From Iphione sp. A-MEVVRFRX5 (lineage: Eukaryota), in the NCBI GenBank assembly GCA_976226885.1, contig OZ320314.1, positions 111,662,001 to 111,726,000 on the forward strand: a stretch of DNA of 64,000 nt. Reading direction: 5' to 3'. Shown here in pieces: positions 35,978 to 49,599 of this stretch (its first letter is position 1; each line of letters opens with the position of its first letter). The translations under genes and the position numbers were made by a program. The notes under the pieces were generated by a model. That model had not been told where the DNA came from. It saw only the letters and a list, made by a program, of their open reading frames with translations, and ran no database searches.

Positions 35978-38900
35978 TTGGAGTCATATCATTGCATTTA
36001 CACAGCAGACGCTACACTGGTGGCAGCGATGGGATAGAGCTCATCACCACATTGGGATGGCTGGCCTCGGTTGGGAGGGGGTGCCAGGGGCAGATACAGA
36101 GTCCACCACAGCCCGCCTCAAAAGCAGAGTTCTGGGAATTGGAGGCACTTTCTAGTTTGAACAGCGAATGGATTTGCATGGCTGCAGTGGAGGTAGCACT
36201 GTGCCTGCCAACAGCCACATGCTGCTGAAGAAACAGCAAGAAGACCCAGCAACACCAAGGGCCGGTGACCCTGGAGCCCTCCACTAGCCCCTGGGCCCCT
36301 TTGGTGCTGGTCCAGAAGAAAGATGGCAGCACCCGGCTCTGCATTGATTACTATAAACTCCATGCAGTAACGCAGAAGGATGCCTATGCTTGCCATGCAT
36401 TGATGATACCTTGGATGTGCCCTAGGGGAATCGATACTTATCTGCGATTGACCTGGTCAGTGGGTACTGGCAAGTCCAAATGGATCTTGCCAACACAAGA
36501 AGATGGCTGTGTGTACATGCGGAGGATTATACCAGTTCCAGGTGATGCCTTTTGGCCTTTGCAATTCTCCCTCCACATTTGAGCATCTGATAGAGTTGGT
36601 GTTGCAGGTCCTGATTGGAAGAGAGTCCCTGGTCTACCTAAGGTGGAGCAGATGTGCAAGTGCAAGTTGCATGTCAAGGCATCTAAGTGCCAGTTGTTCT
36701 GGAGTGACGTCTCCTACCTGGGGCACTGGGATCAGTGCAGGGGATCAGAGTGGACCCCCAGAAGGTGACAACTATGGTCGACTGGGCCCGACCCTGCTGC
36801 TCCTACTACAGCAGCTTTGTGCAGGGATTTGCTACCATCTCCGTGCTGCTGCATGCTCTGGTGGACCATAATGCAGAGTTCCTGTGGACAGCAGCGGGCC
36901 AGGAAGCATTCAAGGAACTGAAGCAGCAGCTGCTGTCAGCCCCGATTCTGGCCTTTTCCTTCCCAGAGGGGCAGCTGCTTATGGATACTGACGCATCAGA
37001 TACAGGGATTGGGGCAGTCCTCTCCCAGATCCAAGACGGGCAGGAGCAAGAGCTGGCATATGCTAGCCAGTCCCTGACAGAACTGGAATGCAACTACTGT
37101 GTTACCTGGAAGGAACTCTTAGCAGTGGTGTTTGTGCATAGGAAGTTTTGCTGCTATGTTAGGGGCTGCAAGTTGGAGATACGCATGGATCATGATTCCG
37201 TCCATTGGTTGTGTCACTTCCGAGAGTCCCAGGGCCAGTTGGCATCTTGGCTAACGGAGATCTACTGCCATGATATCACCATCATACACAGGCCTGGGTG
37301 TAAGCACAGTAATGCAACGGATTTTCAAGAAAGAGCTGCAAACAGTCAGGTGGTGATGGAGGATGGACTTCCTATGCTCCTGACCATGGCAAACCAGGTA
37401 CAGCTCAAGACTGCTCAGGAAGTGGCATGGCCTGATCCAGGCTCTGGCAGACAGGGTGCACTTGCCAGGGTTAGAGCCTGGACTGACGTGGGAGGACTGC
37501 AAACTATACACAGAGGCCCCGCAGCTCTTCTTGTATCAGAGCCTCTGCCAGGAGGTGTGGCAGGAACTTCATGCCGTGCCTGTGGGTGGCCACCTGTGGG
37601 CAGAAAAAATGCTGACAGCAATCAGACCATGGCTGGAACTTCGAGGCCACCCTGTTCATGGAGGTACTCCAACTCATGGGTATCAACAAGTCATACACAA
37701 TGTTGTACCAGCTCCAGAGTGATGGGGTGGTGGAGTGGTTTAACCACACCTCAACCAACATCCTGGCCATGCTGGGAGAGGAGTAGCGAGAGGATTGGCT
37801 GCATACCATGCCACCCCACACAACATCACTTGAGTTTCTCCCAACTGGCTTATGCCAGCCAGGCTGCGCTATGGGTATCCTGAGCCATGGAGCATCGAGA
37901 GTATGCCTGCCAGATAATGGAAGAGGTGAGCCAGGCACACCAGCAGGTGGTGCAGCAGCTCAACAAGTTGGTGGAACACTGGAAGGACTGGTATGACCGG
38001 TGGGCACAGGAGCTGGATTTCCAAGTTGGCCAAGACGTGTGGTTGTTCACTCCACTGCAGAATCGGGAGTGTCCCCCAAGTTGCAGAGCTGGTGGAGATG
38101 ACCCTGCTGGATAGCAGAGTGCTTGTCAGCAGTCACCTACCAGATCAGCAAGGGGCCCTGCCACCAGGTAGTGCATGCTGATTGACTGAAGCCGGCCCAC
38201 CAGGACCCTCAAGTTCCATGTGTCGCAACAGAGGAGAACTCTTCTGCGCATTTGGTTGCCGCAGAGGCATCCAGCATGATGAACACCACTGCAGAGTACA
38301 GGGGGATTTTCTGCATTGGTGGCCCAGTGGACTTACTGAGGCAGAACGAGCTGGTGCAAGCAGCGGTGGAAGATGCCTGCCACAATGGACATGGACGGAA
38401 GAGACAGAATCTGCAGCAGGCAGGAAAAGAGAGTGCTGGCCACAACACCGGTCTGGGGTTGTCGGCTGCCAACTGTGGTGGCTCCACCATCCCACCAGGA
38501 GCATCAGTATATGGGGGCTATAAGTGAAAACTTGGTGGCCCTGAAGCAGTTGTCAGAGGAGGTGGGCGAGGACCTGGATGAAGGTGATTACCAGGGTTCC
38601 CCTCGTACTTCCACACTGGAGCCTGCAGCTGAGATGTTGGTGACCACACTGGAGATGCCGGCAGGCCCACACCAGGGGCCACACATGCCCGAGGGCACGC
38701 CAAGGTCCAGCTCGCCTTCCCAAGTAATGCAGCCCACAATAGAAAGACGCTGACCCTGGACCTACAAGGGGAGCGACGGGCTCCCGACCCATCACCTACC
38801 TGTGGCAGGACCATGCCCTAGGTCCCTACACCAACATCAACCTCCTCCCAGATCACTGCACACACCAGGGACATCGCTTATTTGCCTTGTTTGACCCCAG

Positions 38901-39438
38901 CGGTAAGCAGCATTCTGAAGCTCCTCAGGGCTCCTCCTCTGACCCACTGGGTCTTGGGGCCCATTGGACTGGGAGGACTCTCTGGGCCCCATGATTATGT
39001 TAAGGGACTCACCAGAACCTTCACTGCAAGCAAAGAAGAGGGCCAAATCGACAGTCCCGGTAACCCACGACACCCAAGAGGCCCTGACCGCTTCTGCAGT
39101 GCTATCAGCCACAGCCATCTCTGTTCCCCAGGGGCCGGGCCCAGGCACCGCTGCTGCGGTAGCAGCAGCCTCCACCCATGCATCAGCACCAGGTGCTGCC
39201 ACTGCTCCTATCAGCACCCTCTGCTGGGTGTTTGTGGAAACAGTAGGAGAGGTACTCTAGTTGAGCGACATCTCGTCAGGGGAGGTCTCCCAACTGGATA
39301 TGAGTGCCGTGATGCTGGCCCCTCCACCCAGCCCCCCCCCCCCCTTGCCAGGGCACTCAGTGATAGTCGGATGAGCAAGTCGGTGGGCGAGCCCACTGCT
39401 GCAGGGACAACCACCACAGTAAGGGGGTCAGCGGCATC
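35978..39438 (+). mobile_element. Gypsy element E, paralogous copy of element C
   Basis: Same LTR end, PBS (36018-36035), same gag-less deletion junction and same position between X1 and Z2; retains more RNase H/integrase sequence. Confidence 0.85.
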
Positions 39439-39780
39439 CCTACAATTACCTAGGGATCACACTGAACAGTGTAATGAACATTTTTGTACATTCAAAAGGA
39501 ATAAATACCACAATCTCCACAAAATATACTCATGTACTATATATATATACTATATGCTCATATACACCCACCCTTACCCTTCTTTTTCAAATTTTTTTCA
39601 TTTTTTCACAATTATGACAGTTTTTTCTAATGTACTCATCACCTTGAATGTTCTTCACTGATCCATTACATTGTTCAGGTCTTTAAAATTATTATTTTGT
39701 GGAGATTGTGGTATTTATTCCTTTTGAATGTACAAAAATGTTCATTACACTGTTCAGTGTGATCCCTAGGTAATTGTAGG
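39439..39780. repeat. 88-bp inverted repeat (39439-39526 and 39693-39780)
   Basis: The arms are reverse complements by eye, with a 166-bp spacer. Confidence 0.85.
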
Positions 39781-39870
39781 CATTAATTTTTGTAGTATTG
39801 AATCTTAGTTTAAGCTAAGAATACAAAGAAAATAGCAGACAAAAACATTCCTTATAAACCTATTACTTAC

Positions 39871-40094
39871 CATCATCATCAATGATTTTAACAACAGCAG
39901 TGGAGGGATACCCTATTATTATATCAGGATTTGACGAAGTTAGTGTGACATTGAAGTATTCATCAAACTCAAAGTTGATGTCATTAACTATAGGGATCTC
40001 AATTTTATGTGTACTGGAGCCATTTAGTAACCTTTCTATAGTTTCTGTGCTGTCATAATCACTGTTAAGAGCAGTCTGTGAGATAATGCTTAAA
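39871..40094 (-). CDS. Exon Z2c
   Basis: cattacag acceptor, gtaagt donor, 224 nt, open. Confidence 0.9.
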
Positions 40095-41191
40095 CTGTAA
40101 TGAGAAACCATAGAAATGTAAAAGAAAACTAGACAATGACAGGAATTAAGTTCAAGTTTATTATTGATGTCTCTGCACAAGATTGCAAATATTTTCAGCA
40201 CAATGCAAAATAGCCAGGACAATGCAAATTAACTACTGTTTATCACATCTCTTAAACAAAAGACATTTTTAAAATGATGAAACAATTAGACATACCAGTG
40301 GTAATAAACTAGGAATTGTAAACATGTTAAGTAAGAAGAACATTCAACGAGGTATGGGATGAAGTGCATGTAGTAGATCTAATGAATGACACAGCTATAA
40401 AATATATAAGATAAAATTCAGAAGAGAAGTGCAAATAGAAATACAAGGGAAACATTGATACTTTTAGATAAATATTTAGCATTTTCATTAATCTTCCATC
40501 AATTTTCTTCCAAAAATATAGGTTTTTTTCTGAAGCAGAGCATTATAGATAATTTTCACTAGTATTTTAAATATAAAAAGAGATATTCCTAGAAGCTATA
40601 AGTAAACAGCATTGGTAATGAAAAAGTTTATAACAGAGTCTAAAATCGAAGATAAAGAAATGTCATAAAACATTTTAAGCACTTTTAGGAAAAAAGTATA
40701 ATACAGTGGAACCCCTCCTCAACGGATAGTAGCAGGACTGGCCTTAGAGCATCCATTGACGGGGGTGTCAGCTGTGTCCAAGCTACCCCTTCTCCCTTTC
40801 TCTCTATCATGTTTCAGGCTGTCGGGTGTTTGGGTGGGGTCACACCTCTGCCAGGTGTGGAGACTCATCAAAGGAGGGTCAGGAGTGGGTTCTCTAGGGT
40901 GTCGGAACAGGGTCACACCTCTGCTGGGTGTGTGGAGACTCACTGAAGAATCGTTTGGAGCAGGTTCTCCAGGGTGTTTGTCCACAGTAAACATCTTAAA
41001 ATAAATGTCTGGGACTGTCAATGGACTGTCCAAAGGTGGATGTCCGTTATTCATGAGTATCTTCTGTGTCCGAGCAGTGTTAAACATGATAAAGAGGGTT
41101 TTCAGTTGAAACTGTCCTCCTGGTGTCCATTGTAGGGGCTGTCTGCTTTGTCTGGGCATCCGTTGTGAGGGTCTCTAGTGTAACAAGTTCT

Positions 41192-41770
41192 GGACAGGAT
41201 TTAAACCCGGTTATTTAGTATGAGCTGTCTCTCCATAGATTGTCTATGTCAAGTCTGGCACTCCTAACCACTGCACCACAGGGTCAGTACAAATATTTTA
41301 GTCCCCACACCTCTCAAGGGGCTCCCTGACCTCCAGGTCCTCATCTCATCAGGTGTTTCCCTGTCTTTGGAACTCTTTCTGTTGCCCTCAGAAGTCCCCA
41401 CACCTTGTTAGGTACTACCTTGGCCTTGGAACTCCTCCTGTCACCCTCAGAACTCCCCACACCTCATCAGGTGTCCCTCCTTCCTTAGAACTCCTCCTGT
41501 CACCCTCAGAAGTCCCACACCTCTTCAGATACTCCCCCAGCTTTGGAACTCTTCCTATTGCCCTTAGAAGACCCACACCTTGTTAGGTGTTCCTCCATCC
41601 GAGGAATTCCTCCTGTTACCCAAGAAGTCCCCTCACCTTGTCAGGTACTACCCCAGCCTTGGCCATCCTCTTGTTGAAAAATGTTCTTAATGTGTTTTAA
41701 AATGATTCCAAACATTATACCTGAATGAAAATGTTATAAAATGTTTTAAGAATGCTGTTTGCTAGCTTGG
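41192..41770. mobile_element. CCCAGC-terminus family element with a tRNA-like Pol III head (41192-41285, minus strand) and tandem repeats
   Basis: A box TGGTGCAGTGGTTAG, B box GGTTTAAATCC; ends GCTAGCTTGG; positional paralog of 18473-18934. Confidence 0.55.
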
Positions 41771-43741
41771 TCCTCTCTAATGGATAACGGTAAAATATGA
41801 CCTTTGAAGTTTGTCTTTTTCTTATTCCAGTCTCTAAAGCTATTACTAAGATATTACCACAAATCTTTAGTTGCTGTGTTACACTGCCATGCAAGGCTGT
41901 CTGTGCACTATACACTGCGAATGGTGTACAAATTTTGTATGGGTTTTTATTAGGCACTCTGGCACTTCTGGTCAGGTTCTTGAAAAAAGTACATCTCTCT
42001 GATGAATGAGCCATTCACCTCTCAGTTTATGGCTTGGGATTATTCCAGGGGAGAAATCAAGGGAAGAATGGGGTACCCAAGCTAAGTCATCAAATTTAGA
42101 TGAGGAGGCTGAGGTTGGCCTTCATCTGAGGGTGGCAGTGCAGGGAGAGTCTCGCATGGAGTGCACTAGATTAATGTGTGTCCAGGAGTAGTGCATGCTG
42201 CATCAATGTGCTCCCCATTGACACATGATATATCCAGGCATATTATACTGGTACACACCATACTTGTGCATGGCATGCCACTACATGCCACTTAAGGACA
42301 AACTGCACCAATTCACACCATTCCAGTGTATGTCACAAAAACCGTGCATGTGCACATACCACACCAGTTCCTACCACACCAGTGCACACCTTGGCTGTGC
42401 AACTCATGACTGGGTATCCTCCACCAGCATAATGGAATCAACAGGAGGATGACCATCAACCAAGACAGCCAGGAAGGAGTTCTCCAACACTTTAGATACA
42501 GTCATTGATGCTCATCTTTGGCCAGAGTGGTACCAAACCTTCCCAAAAACCAGCATTCAGATGATGTGAGCAAAGTAGCTGGCCTCTTAAACCAGCTCCA
42601 GTACATAAGAGCAAGAAGGATAAGGGAATACAAGCTCCCCCTCCATTTCATTGGACCAGCCCTTTGCCACCAGGAATCATCTTCAGAAACAGGCAATGCC
42701 AACAGTGCCTGAAGAGCAGATAGAAGTTCCCCCACTAGTAAGTGCCAAGACTATGACTTCAGCCATGGATGGGGTAGCCCCACACCAGTCATCCTTGGGA
42801 ACACCCCATCTTGTTGATGACATCAATTGTATGGGTCCCCCTACTATACTCAGGGGGAGGGCAGTAACCAAGAGCTGAAGGTATGTTCTCCTAAGGTACC
42901 CCATCAGAAGAAGACTGTGTCACAAGAGATTAAGGGCCAGCAGGAACAGATCAGCTAGGGAGATATCTCCCTGGTCCCGACCTTGGGGAAATTTGCTGTA
43001 CAACTATGCTGTCAGAGCAGAACAGGAAGGTACAGAGGGACAGAGCTACAGCACTATAGGTTAAGCCACAACACCCCCCCCCCCCCCCGTCCAGGTTTTG
43101 GACTGTATACCACCCAAGTGACTTCCCTTATGGTCCAGGTGACCTTTGCATTGAGATACTCTCCATTTATCCAGCCCTGTTGTAGCACTCCCACAATAAT
43201 CTACAAGGATATCTCAGACACTCTCCCATGAGGAAGAGGCTTCTGCCATGGGGCTGTTGTATTTGAACTGTTACAGCTCTTGGAACAAGAGCCAGGCTGG
43301 GAGGGAGTGGTATAACTGGATTGCACTGCCATGCAGGACTGTACATATAGAAATCATCATGCACCATGCACTTTGCCAAAGATTTTGTGTGGGGTTGTAT
43401 TAGGTTCTAATGCTACCTGTAGAGTGTTCCTTGCAAACGTATATACTATGATATAAGGAGAGCTAGCTGGGTGCTCTGGCACTTCTGGCCATGTTCTTGA
43501 ATAAAGCACACATCTCTTGAATTCTAGTTTCTTTTCATGTCAAATATTAGACTACACAATATGTCCAGTGCTATTGTGTTTATCCAATCTGTTAGCCTAC
43601 ATTTTCAAAGCCAAGTACATGTATATAGAAGGAGCTGAAGTTTACTTAGTCAATTTCTAAATTATTATTTATAAGTAGGTAAAAAATATCAAAGATAACA
43701 GTAACAAATTAAACTACTATTATGAAGATTGTTTTACTCAC

Positions 43742-43850
43742 TTAAAAGTGACTCCTTGAATTTGTGGATTTAACACTTGTACCTCAATAAAAACAGAAGA
43801 ATCATTTTCATTCACATCATATGTTGCTCTAGAAAACTGCAGAAGTGGAT
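43742..43850 (-). CDS. Exon Z1c
   Basis: tattgcag acceptor, gtgagt donor, 109 nt; DPLLQFSRATYDVNEND. Confidence 0.9.
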
Positions 43851-44169
43851 CTGCAATAAAAACCACACATTTTTAGAATACTTTTGTAATATTGGTACAG
43901 ATTTATCATTGCACTATTTCTATTAAATAAATCAGGTCAAATGTAACAAATTAGGGGATACATTTTCTTAGAAGCTATTCCTTTTTATGTATAAATTGCA
44001 TTCTACAGTACATCACACAAGCTTTTTGCTAATCTGAGATAGTGTATAGCTATATTATAAACTGAACATAGACTGAATGCAAACATTCATATAACGTTTT
44101 AAGACTAGTCATTTTACATGTAAATAGCTGTAGATAAAGTAAAATGCCACATCATTAATAGACACTAAC

Positions 44170-44396
44170 CATTATCCTGGATTGATACTTTTAATAAAGC
44201 AGTGTTGAAAATGACATTTGAAATATTGCTTCCTGCTGTTATATTGAATGTTTCTGTAAGTTCCACTGCTAGATCATCAGTAACATTGAAAGAAAATGGA
44301 AACTGACTTCCATTTGAACTACCAGCCACTATTGTAATACCATAATCATTTAATAAAACATCAGCGTTGTTTGTATCTCCATGTACAAGTGTAAGA
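44170..44396 (-). CDS. Exon Y2c
   Basis: tttttctag acceptor, gttagt donor, 227 nt, open. Confidence 0.88.
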
Positions 44397-44667
44397 CTAG
44401 AAAAATAGAAATGATTGAAATTAATTTATTTATTTTTCTACAAGTTATCGATATTACCTATATATTTAAGTAAAACAAAGGAGAAATGATCAAATTAATA
44501 GCTAAAAAACACAAATATCCTCTTCCTCTTCCAAACATTCTAATATTGAAATCCATTTATTCTTTATATAATACATGTTATTGTATCCTACATAAGGAAT
44601 GAAAAGATGTCAATCCTATGATCTATAATGTAAAATGGATAATTCAAAGACTATATTTATATCTTGC

Positions 44668-44782
44668 CTTATATCAATGCTTGAGTCAATTCCTCCAGTT
44701 GGTACATTACTGATTTCAAGTGTTCCATTTCCTTGAGAACCTTCTATTGTAGTTAGAATCTTTGGTTCAAAATCAATAGTAA
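44668..44782 (-). CDS. Exon Y1c, GC donor
   Basis: tttttcag acceptor, AG/gcaaga donor, 115 nt, open. Confidence 0.8.
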
Positions 44783-45424
44783 CTGAAAAAATTAATATAT
44801 TTATGTAGCAATGTAAAAGTATTGGAATTTGTTTAACAAATCTAACACTTAGATATTATTGTAGTTTTCCTCTGGGGAATCTAACTATATTGTATGATAC
44901 AGTTTTCTAAAAGGTTATAGACTACTGCAATTCAAGTTCTACCCTATATTTAATATGAAAATTGAAACTTAAGAAATTACTATTTACATACCAGAGCTTT
45001 AATAATTACACATTGGCTTTAGTGAAATAATGATACAAACACGCAGAACAAGTGAGTATTTTCTTGCACATTGTATTGTATATAGACAAAGAAATTTATG
45101 ATATCTTTACAGACTTAGAGTAAACATTTATTTTCAATGTTGAAGTTACATTTTGTAAAATAAATAGAGAAGAATAAAAGATGAACAAAGATTCCAAAAC
45201 TTTCTGCACTTTCATTACATGCATGTCATTCCATATTAAGCTTAATGTCTAATATATTTTGTATCTCTTGTACATCCTGTATATCTTGCAGACTGATTAT
45301 CAACAATTAATCTTGACAAAATAATTCCTCCTATTATAATTCAAGTAATAAAATGTAGCACACATATTTTTACTAAAATACAAAGTACTTAGTATATATA
45401 CTAAGAAGAAAAGGTAATACTCAC

Positions 45425-45633
45425 TGTACTCATTATCTTGAATAATAACTTCAGTAGATACAGTATTGTTCAAGTAGAATCCACTGAATTGTATAATGAA
45501 CATCTCATCTGGATCAAATACATCATCATCAATGATATTTATCTGGACACAACCTCCAGAGGCATTTACTGAAATGGCAGAATTGCCTGTGAAGTCTGAT
45601 TCTAGAGTATCATTACTTTCAGGATAAGTGATG
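45425..45633 (-). CDS. Exon X2c (its partner X1c is inverted)
   Basis: ttttttcag acceptor, gtgagt donor, 209 nt, open. Confidence 0.85.
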
Positions 45634-46585
45634 CTGAAAAAATTATATATACTTTAGTTGACAATTAATCATATTAATCTCCATTAAGCTTCATCTTCTA
45701 GTACAAGTCTCATTTTAGGATCTTGTAATATTTGTCCTTTCTTTGATGTAGATATTAATTTCTCATGGTATTCAAGATAAGCATTTATGACCACAGTTTC
45801 TACTTATTAAGTGATACAGATATTTATAAATATCATTACATTCTCTATTTGAAATAATAACAATGCTTCTAGCTGTTGAATTAATAATGCCTTCTAAACA
45901 ATTGATGTCTTATCTAGGCTAATCTCATATTATTCTTGAATATAGTTGAATCAAAGTTATATGCATCTGTATTTTTATCATCTCTGTTAACTTATATCTA
46001 TTAAGGAGTAGTCTATATTCAAATTGTTATCGTATGCATATTAGATAAGACCCGTGACTTGTTGTATACCCTATAGATGGTAAGAACCCTAACCTCATAC
46101 TACCATGCTAAAGTTACATAACTTGGTGCCCACATAGTTAAGACCCAGAGTCTGGTGCACTAATGGTGAGGCTTCATAGCTGCACCTAGTCTGCAGGAAA
46201 TATCCACTGCTACTCTACCAGTATCTGACTGGCTGGTGAGGTAATCTAAATTTAGACATTGGGGTTCTATTTACTGTGTTTGGTTTATAAGAGATTCTTT
46301 GCAGACAATATTTCACTTCACAAACAAGATAAGCTGATTGGTTGACAAACAGTTATTATGCAAAAAGTGTTGGAAGACTCATTTTATTGGTTGATCCATA
46401 ACAGATGACCAATGCCAGAGAGGTAATTAGTCAAAAGGGAAGTTTTACTATTATATAAGGAGACTGCAAGTGTTTAATAAACAGTTTGGAAACCAGAGTA
46501 TAGCCTTCATGTCTTAGTCATTCACATGCCTTACACTATTTTGGTATATCTCTAGGATACCTAGCTTCGGTATATAGGAACTGCA

Positions 46586-48059
46586 ATTAAGTAGAAAAAA
46601 AAACCATCAAACCTTTTTGCTTTTGAATATTGTATATCTATTTGAAGCTGAGGATGAGAAGAGAAGGAGCAGGAGGAAGAAGAGAAAGCAGGGTAAGAAA
46701 TTCAAGAAATTCAATATTCTGCATTATGCTGATGGTGACGAGGTAGAGACATTCAAGCAGCTCATGGGTGGCTCCCTTGGGCTTTTGAAGAAAATGCTGT
46801 CCAAGGGCAAAGGGGTGGAATCCTATGTGGATCACCTATTGTTCATGGCTTCGAAAGCATCAACAAGGGTTTATAACCAGAAATCCTTGGTCAAGTACGA
46901 CTCCGAGATGAGAAGGAAGGCTTTGCATGATGGTCTACAGGCGTTTTGCTATGGGGACACCAAGCTCATCCATAAACATCTGGGCGTTGATGCCACTACA
47001 GGAGTGGGCAGATCGAAGCAGTTCAGCAGCAAGAAGACCAAGAAGTTTAATAGGATTTGCTATAAATTTAATGCAGGGGAACGCTTGGTGGACGGTTGTA
47101 TCTACAAGCACTCGTGCCTCAACTTTGGGGTAGGGGGACACAGAGCAGCTGATTGTTTCAGCGCTAAGCAAGCAGCAGTGACAGTGTCAGGAAGATGATG
47201 ATAAACTGATCTACAACGAGGTATTCGCTATTGAATTACGGGATAGATTTATTCTGTCTACTGACCTTAGGGGGGAGACCGGTTTGGATGACTCATCTTG
47301 TTCAATAACCCCCAATGATGTGTGTTCTCCTATGGATTCATCGCTGGTGGGCGATGATGGACGTTGTTGCGGTGGTGGTAAGAACGGTGATTACTTAACT
47401 GCTATTAGTAACTCTTTCTTTGGAAATTTATTGGACTTCACGGATAGTAAGGATGATGACTACATTGTATCCATCAAGTCGCCAGAGTCAGATGTAACCA
47501 TTGATGTGTCTATTAAATGTATTGAAGGTGTGTGTAATTGTGCACATACACTAGGTGGTATAAATGTTGACTTGCTCCCATGTCGTAGTGTTTATGCCCT
47601 GTGTAAGAGTAAACAATCTGTGGATGACAAAATCTTCATTTGGGGTGGCATCTGTGAAGGCTTCAAAATTGTTGATGAAGGTTGTGATACGTCTTATTTT
47701 TGCAAATATTACAAATCCATTACAGAGGGTAATTTCTGTAATGACATGTCGCAAAAAATTAATGACGAATTGATGGCTGGTTTCATTGAAGAAGTTAGAT
47801 CCCCACCAAGATGTGTAAACGCTTTAGGAGGGGTCAGTAAATCGGATGGGTCTTTAAGACCCATCACAGACTGTTCGATGCCCCCCAAAAGAGGGATTAA
47901 TAATTTTATGTGTGACACCCATAGAGATTTCCACTATAATAGTGTTGATGATGTGGGTGATTTACTGTGTGAAGGGGATTTCATGATGGTGGTAGACCTA
48001 TTAAGTAGAAAAAAAACCCATCAAACCTTTTTGCTTTTGAATATTGTATATCTATTTGA
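46586..48059 (+). repeat. 60-bp direct duplication of host intron (46586-46645 and 48000-48059) flanking the DIRS fragment
   Basis: ATTAAGTAG...ATCTATTTGA, one mismatch between copies; single copy in paralogous introns. Confidence 0.9.
46646..47999 (+). mobile_element. Internal fragment of a DIRS/Ngaro-like tyrosine-recombinase retrotransposon (gag C-terminus and RT N-terminus)
   Basis: ICYKFN...CIYKHSC...GGHRAADC knuckle; then GFKI, ELMAGFI, VNALGGVSKSDGSLRPITDCSMP, INNF, HYNSVDD, MMVVDL, which fits the DIRS-type RT N-terminus. Confidence 0.75.
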
Positions 48060-49599
48060 GATTTGTTTACCAATTTTTATAGGCTCAATAACCCATATTA
48101 CAATAAAAATCTGTATACTAATAAATATAGTGTGAGGCCCCCCTGTGGACATGTACCAAATGCTGACAATTTGAAGAACCAGCTTAATTTCTATAGTTAA
48201 TCATTATAAAGGCATGTCTCCAATGTGGACAGCTAATTTGAGAGAGCTTCCCCCTACAGACACTGTTGTCATATGAATTTGAGTCACTAGAGAAGGCTTA
48301 GAAGTCATTTTCAAAGGTAGACATGAATACTTTGAATACTGAGAACATGGTGTTAGAGAAATTTCACTAATTAACCCCAGTAAGCTGTAATTGTTGCCTT
48401 AACAGTACCTGTGGATAGGTTCTGCAAACAGTAATGGAAGCTTTTCTTCAAACAAACACTTACAATGAAATTGTACTATCTTGACTGGTGTTGCCCTATA
48501 TATGTTAATTGGCAGTTGTATCACTGCCGTGAGAGGGGCGTGGGCATTACTTTTTGGTATACTATAATATCATGTAACACTGTAGGACGTATACTTCATA
48601 CAAAATCATGGCAGATTGTATATATACACACTGACTGTAGTGGTTTACAACAGGAAAAGATGTTTGAACGAGGTATAAATGTAATTCTTCACTTAATATA
48701 TGAGTTGCATGTAATTGGTAATGATATGGTGCCAGCTTAAATGACTAAGGTAGAAACCTGCCAGTAAATATGATCAGAACAGGCAATTTTTTCATAGTGA
48801 TTATGACCTGTGACAGCATTTGATTTTGATGGGTTAAAGCCGATGATCTTGGATGGCACTGAAGATTAACTAAGGAACTTTTCAGGTTGTCAGAAAGTTA
48901 CTAAAACACTCCTGTGCAACGGACAGCTGTATTGTTGCCTAAGAAAGAATATATTTGTTATAGGGACTGTGATATGACACACTATAACATACAATTGCTA
49001 TTCCATCATAGTCTAGCAGCGGTCATGCCATGAATACAATTTGTGATAATCTATCTATGCATGGTGATGATAATAAACAAGAGTTTTCAACTTGTTCAAT
49101 TTAGGTGGCTGTTGCCTAGCCAATAAATGACTTTTGCTCTACTACTCAACCACAATTTAGGAATGTGCATTTGTAATCTACACAGCAGGTATCGTGGTTA
49201 GTCTCAGAACTACTATGAAAATTAGTAATCCCACATAGAATGATTCAGTATGATGACAGGATTTCATAATGGTCATCATCGATTATACTGTTAAGCCTTA
49301 TGTCTTTGTCAAATGGAAACATGTCTTTGTGTTTGGTATGAAACTGTATAATGTGCTTGGTCTAGTTCCCACGTGTGTAACTGGGTGCCAACGACTCCTC
49401 CCTATGACATGACCTACCGTGTTATGAATGTCATGCAATACGTGGAATAAGGGCTAGGGCCTACAAATATATGCCGCTTGGTCGCTCTCGCACTACACTG
49501 CCTTGACCCGGTAAAGCATCTTACGCTGTCACTAGCCGGGAGTGCATACATATGCTCAAGGGTGCAGGCATACTAGTTCCATAATCGACACAATTGATA

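Noticed and set aside
40703-41160. pogo/Tigger-like element starting TA-CAGTGGAACCCC with a 146-aa minus-strand ORF
   Set aside because: No matching right TIR was found and no transposase motif is recognisable; left unannotated.
41290-41680. Regularly spaced about 60-bp repeats (also 18500-18720, 58620-58900, 54620-54800, and about 80-bp units at 13225-13400) as CRISPR-like arrays
   Set aside because: They are degenerate tandem repeats without unique spacers, inside eukaryotic introns or MITEs; no cas genes.
42000-43090. Moderately GC-rich insertion with short ORFs; likewise 48330-49560
   Set aside because: Probably decayed TE sequence, but no motif allowed assignment.
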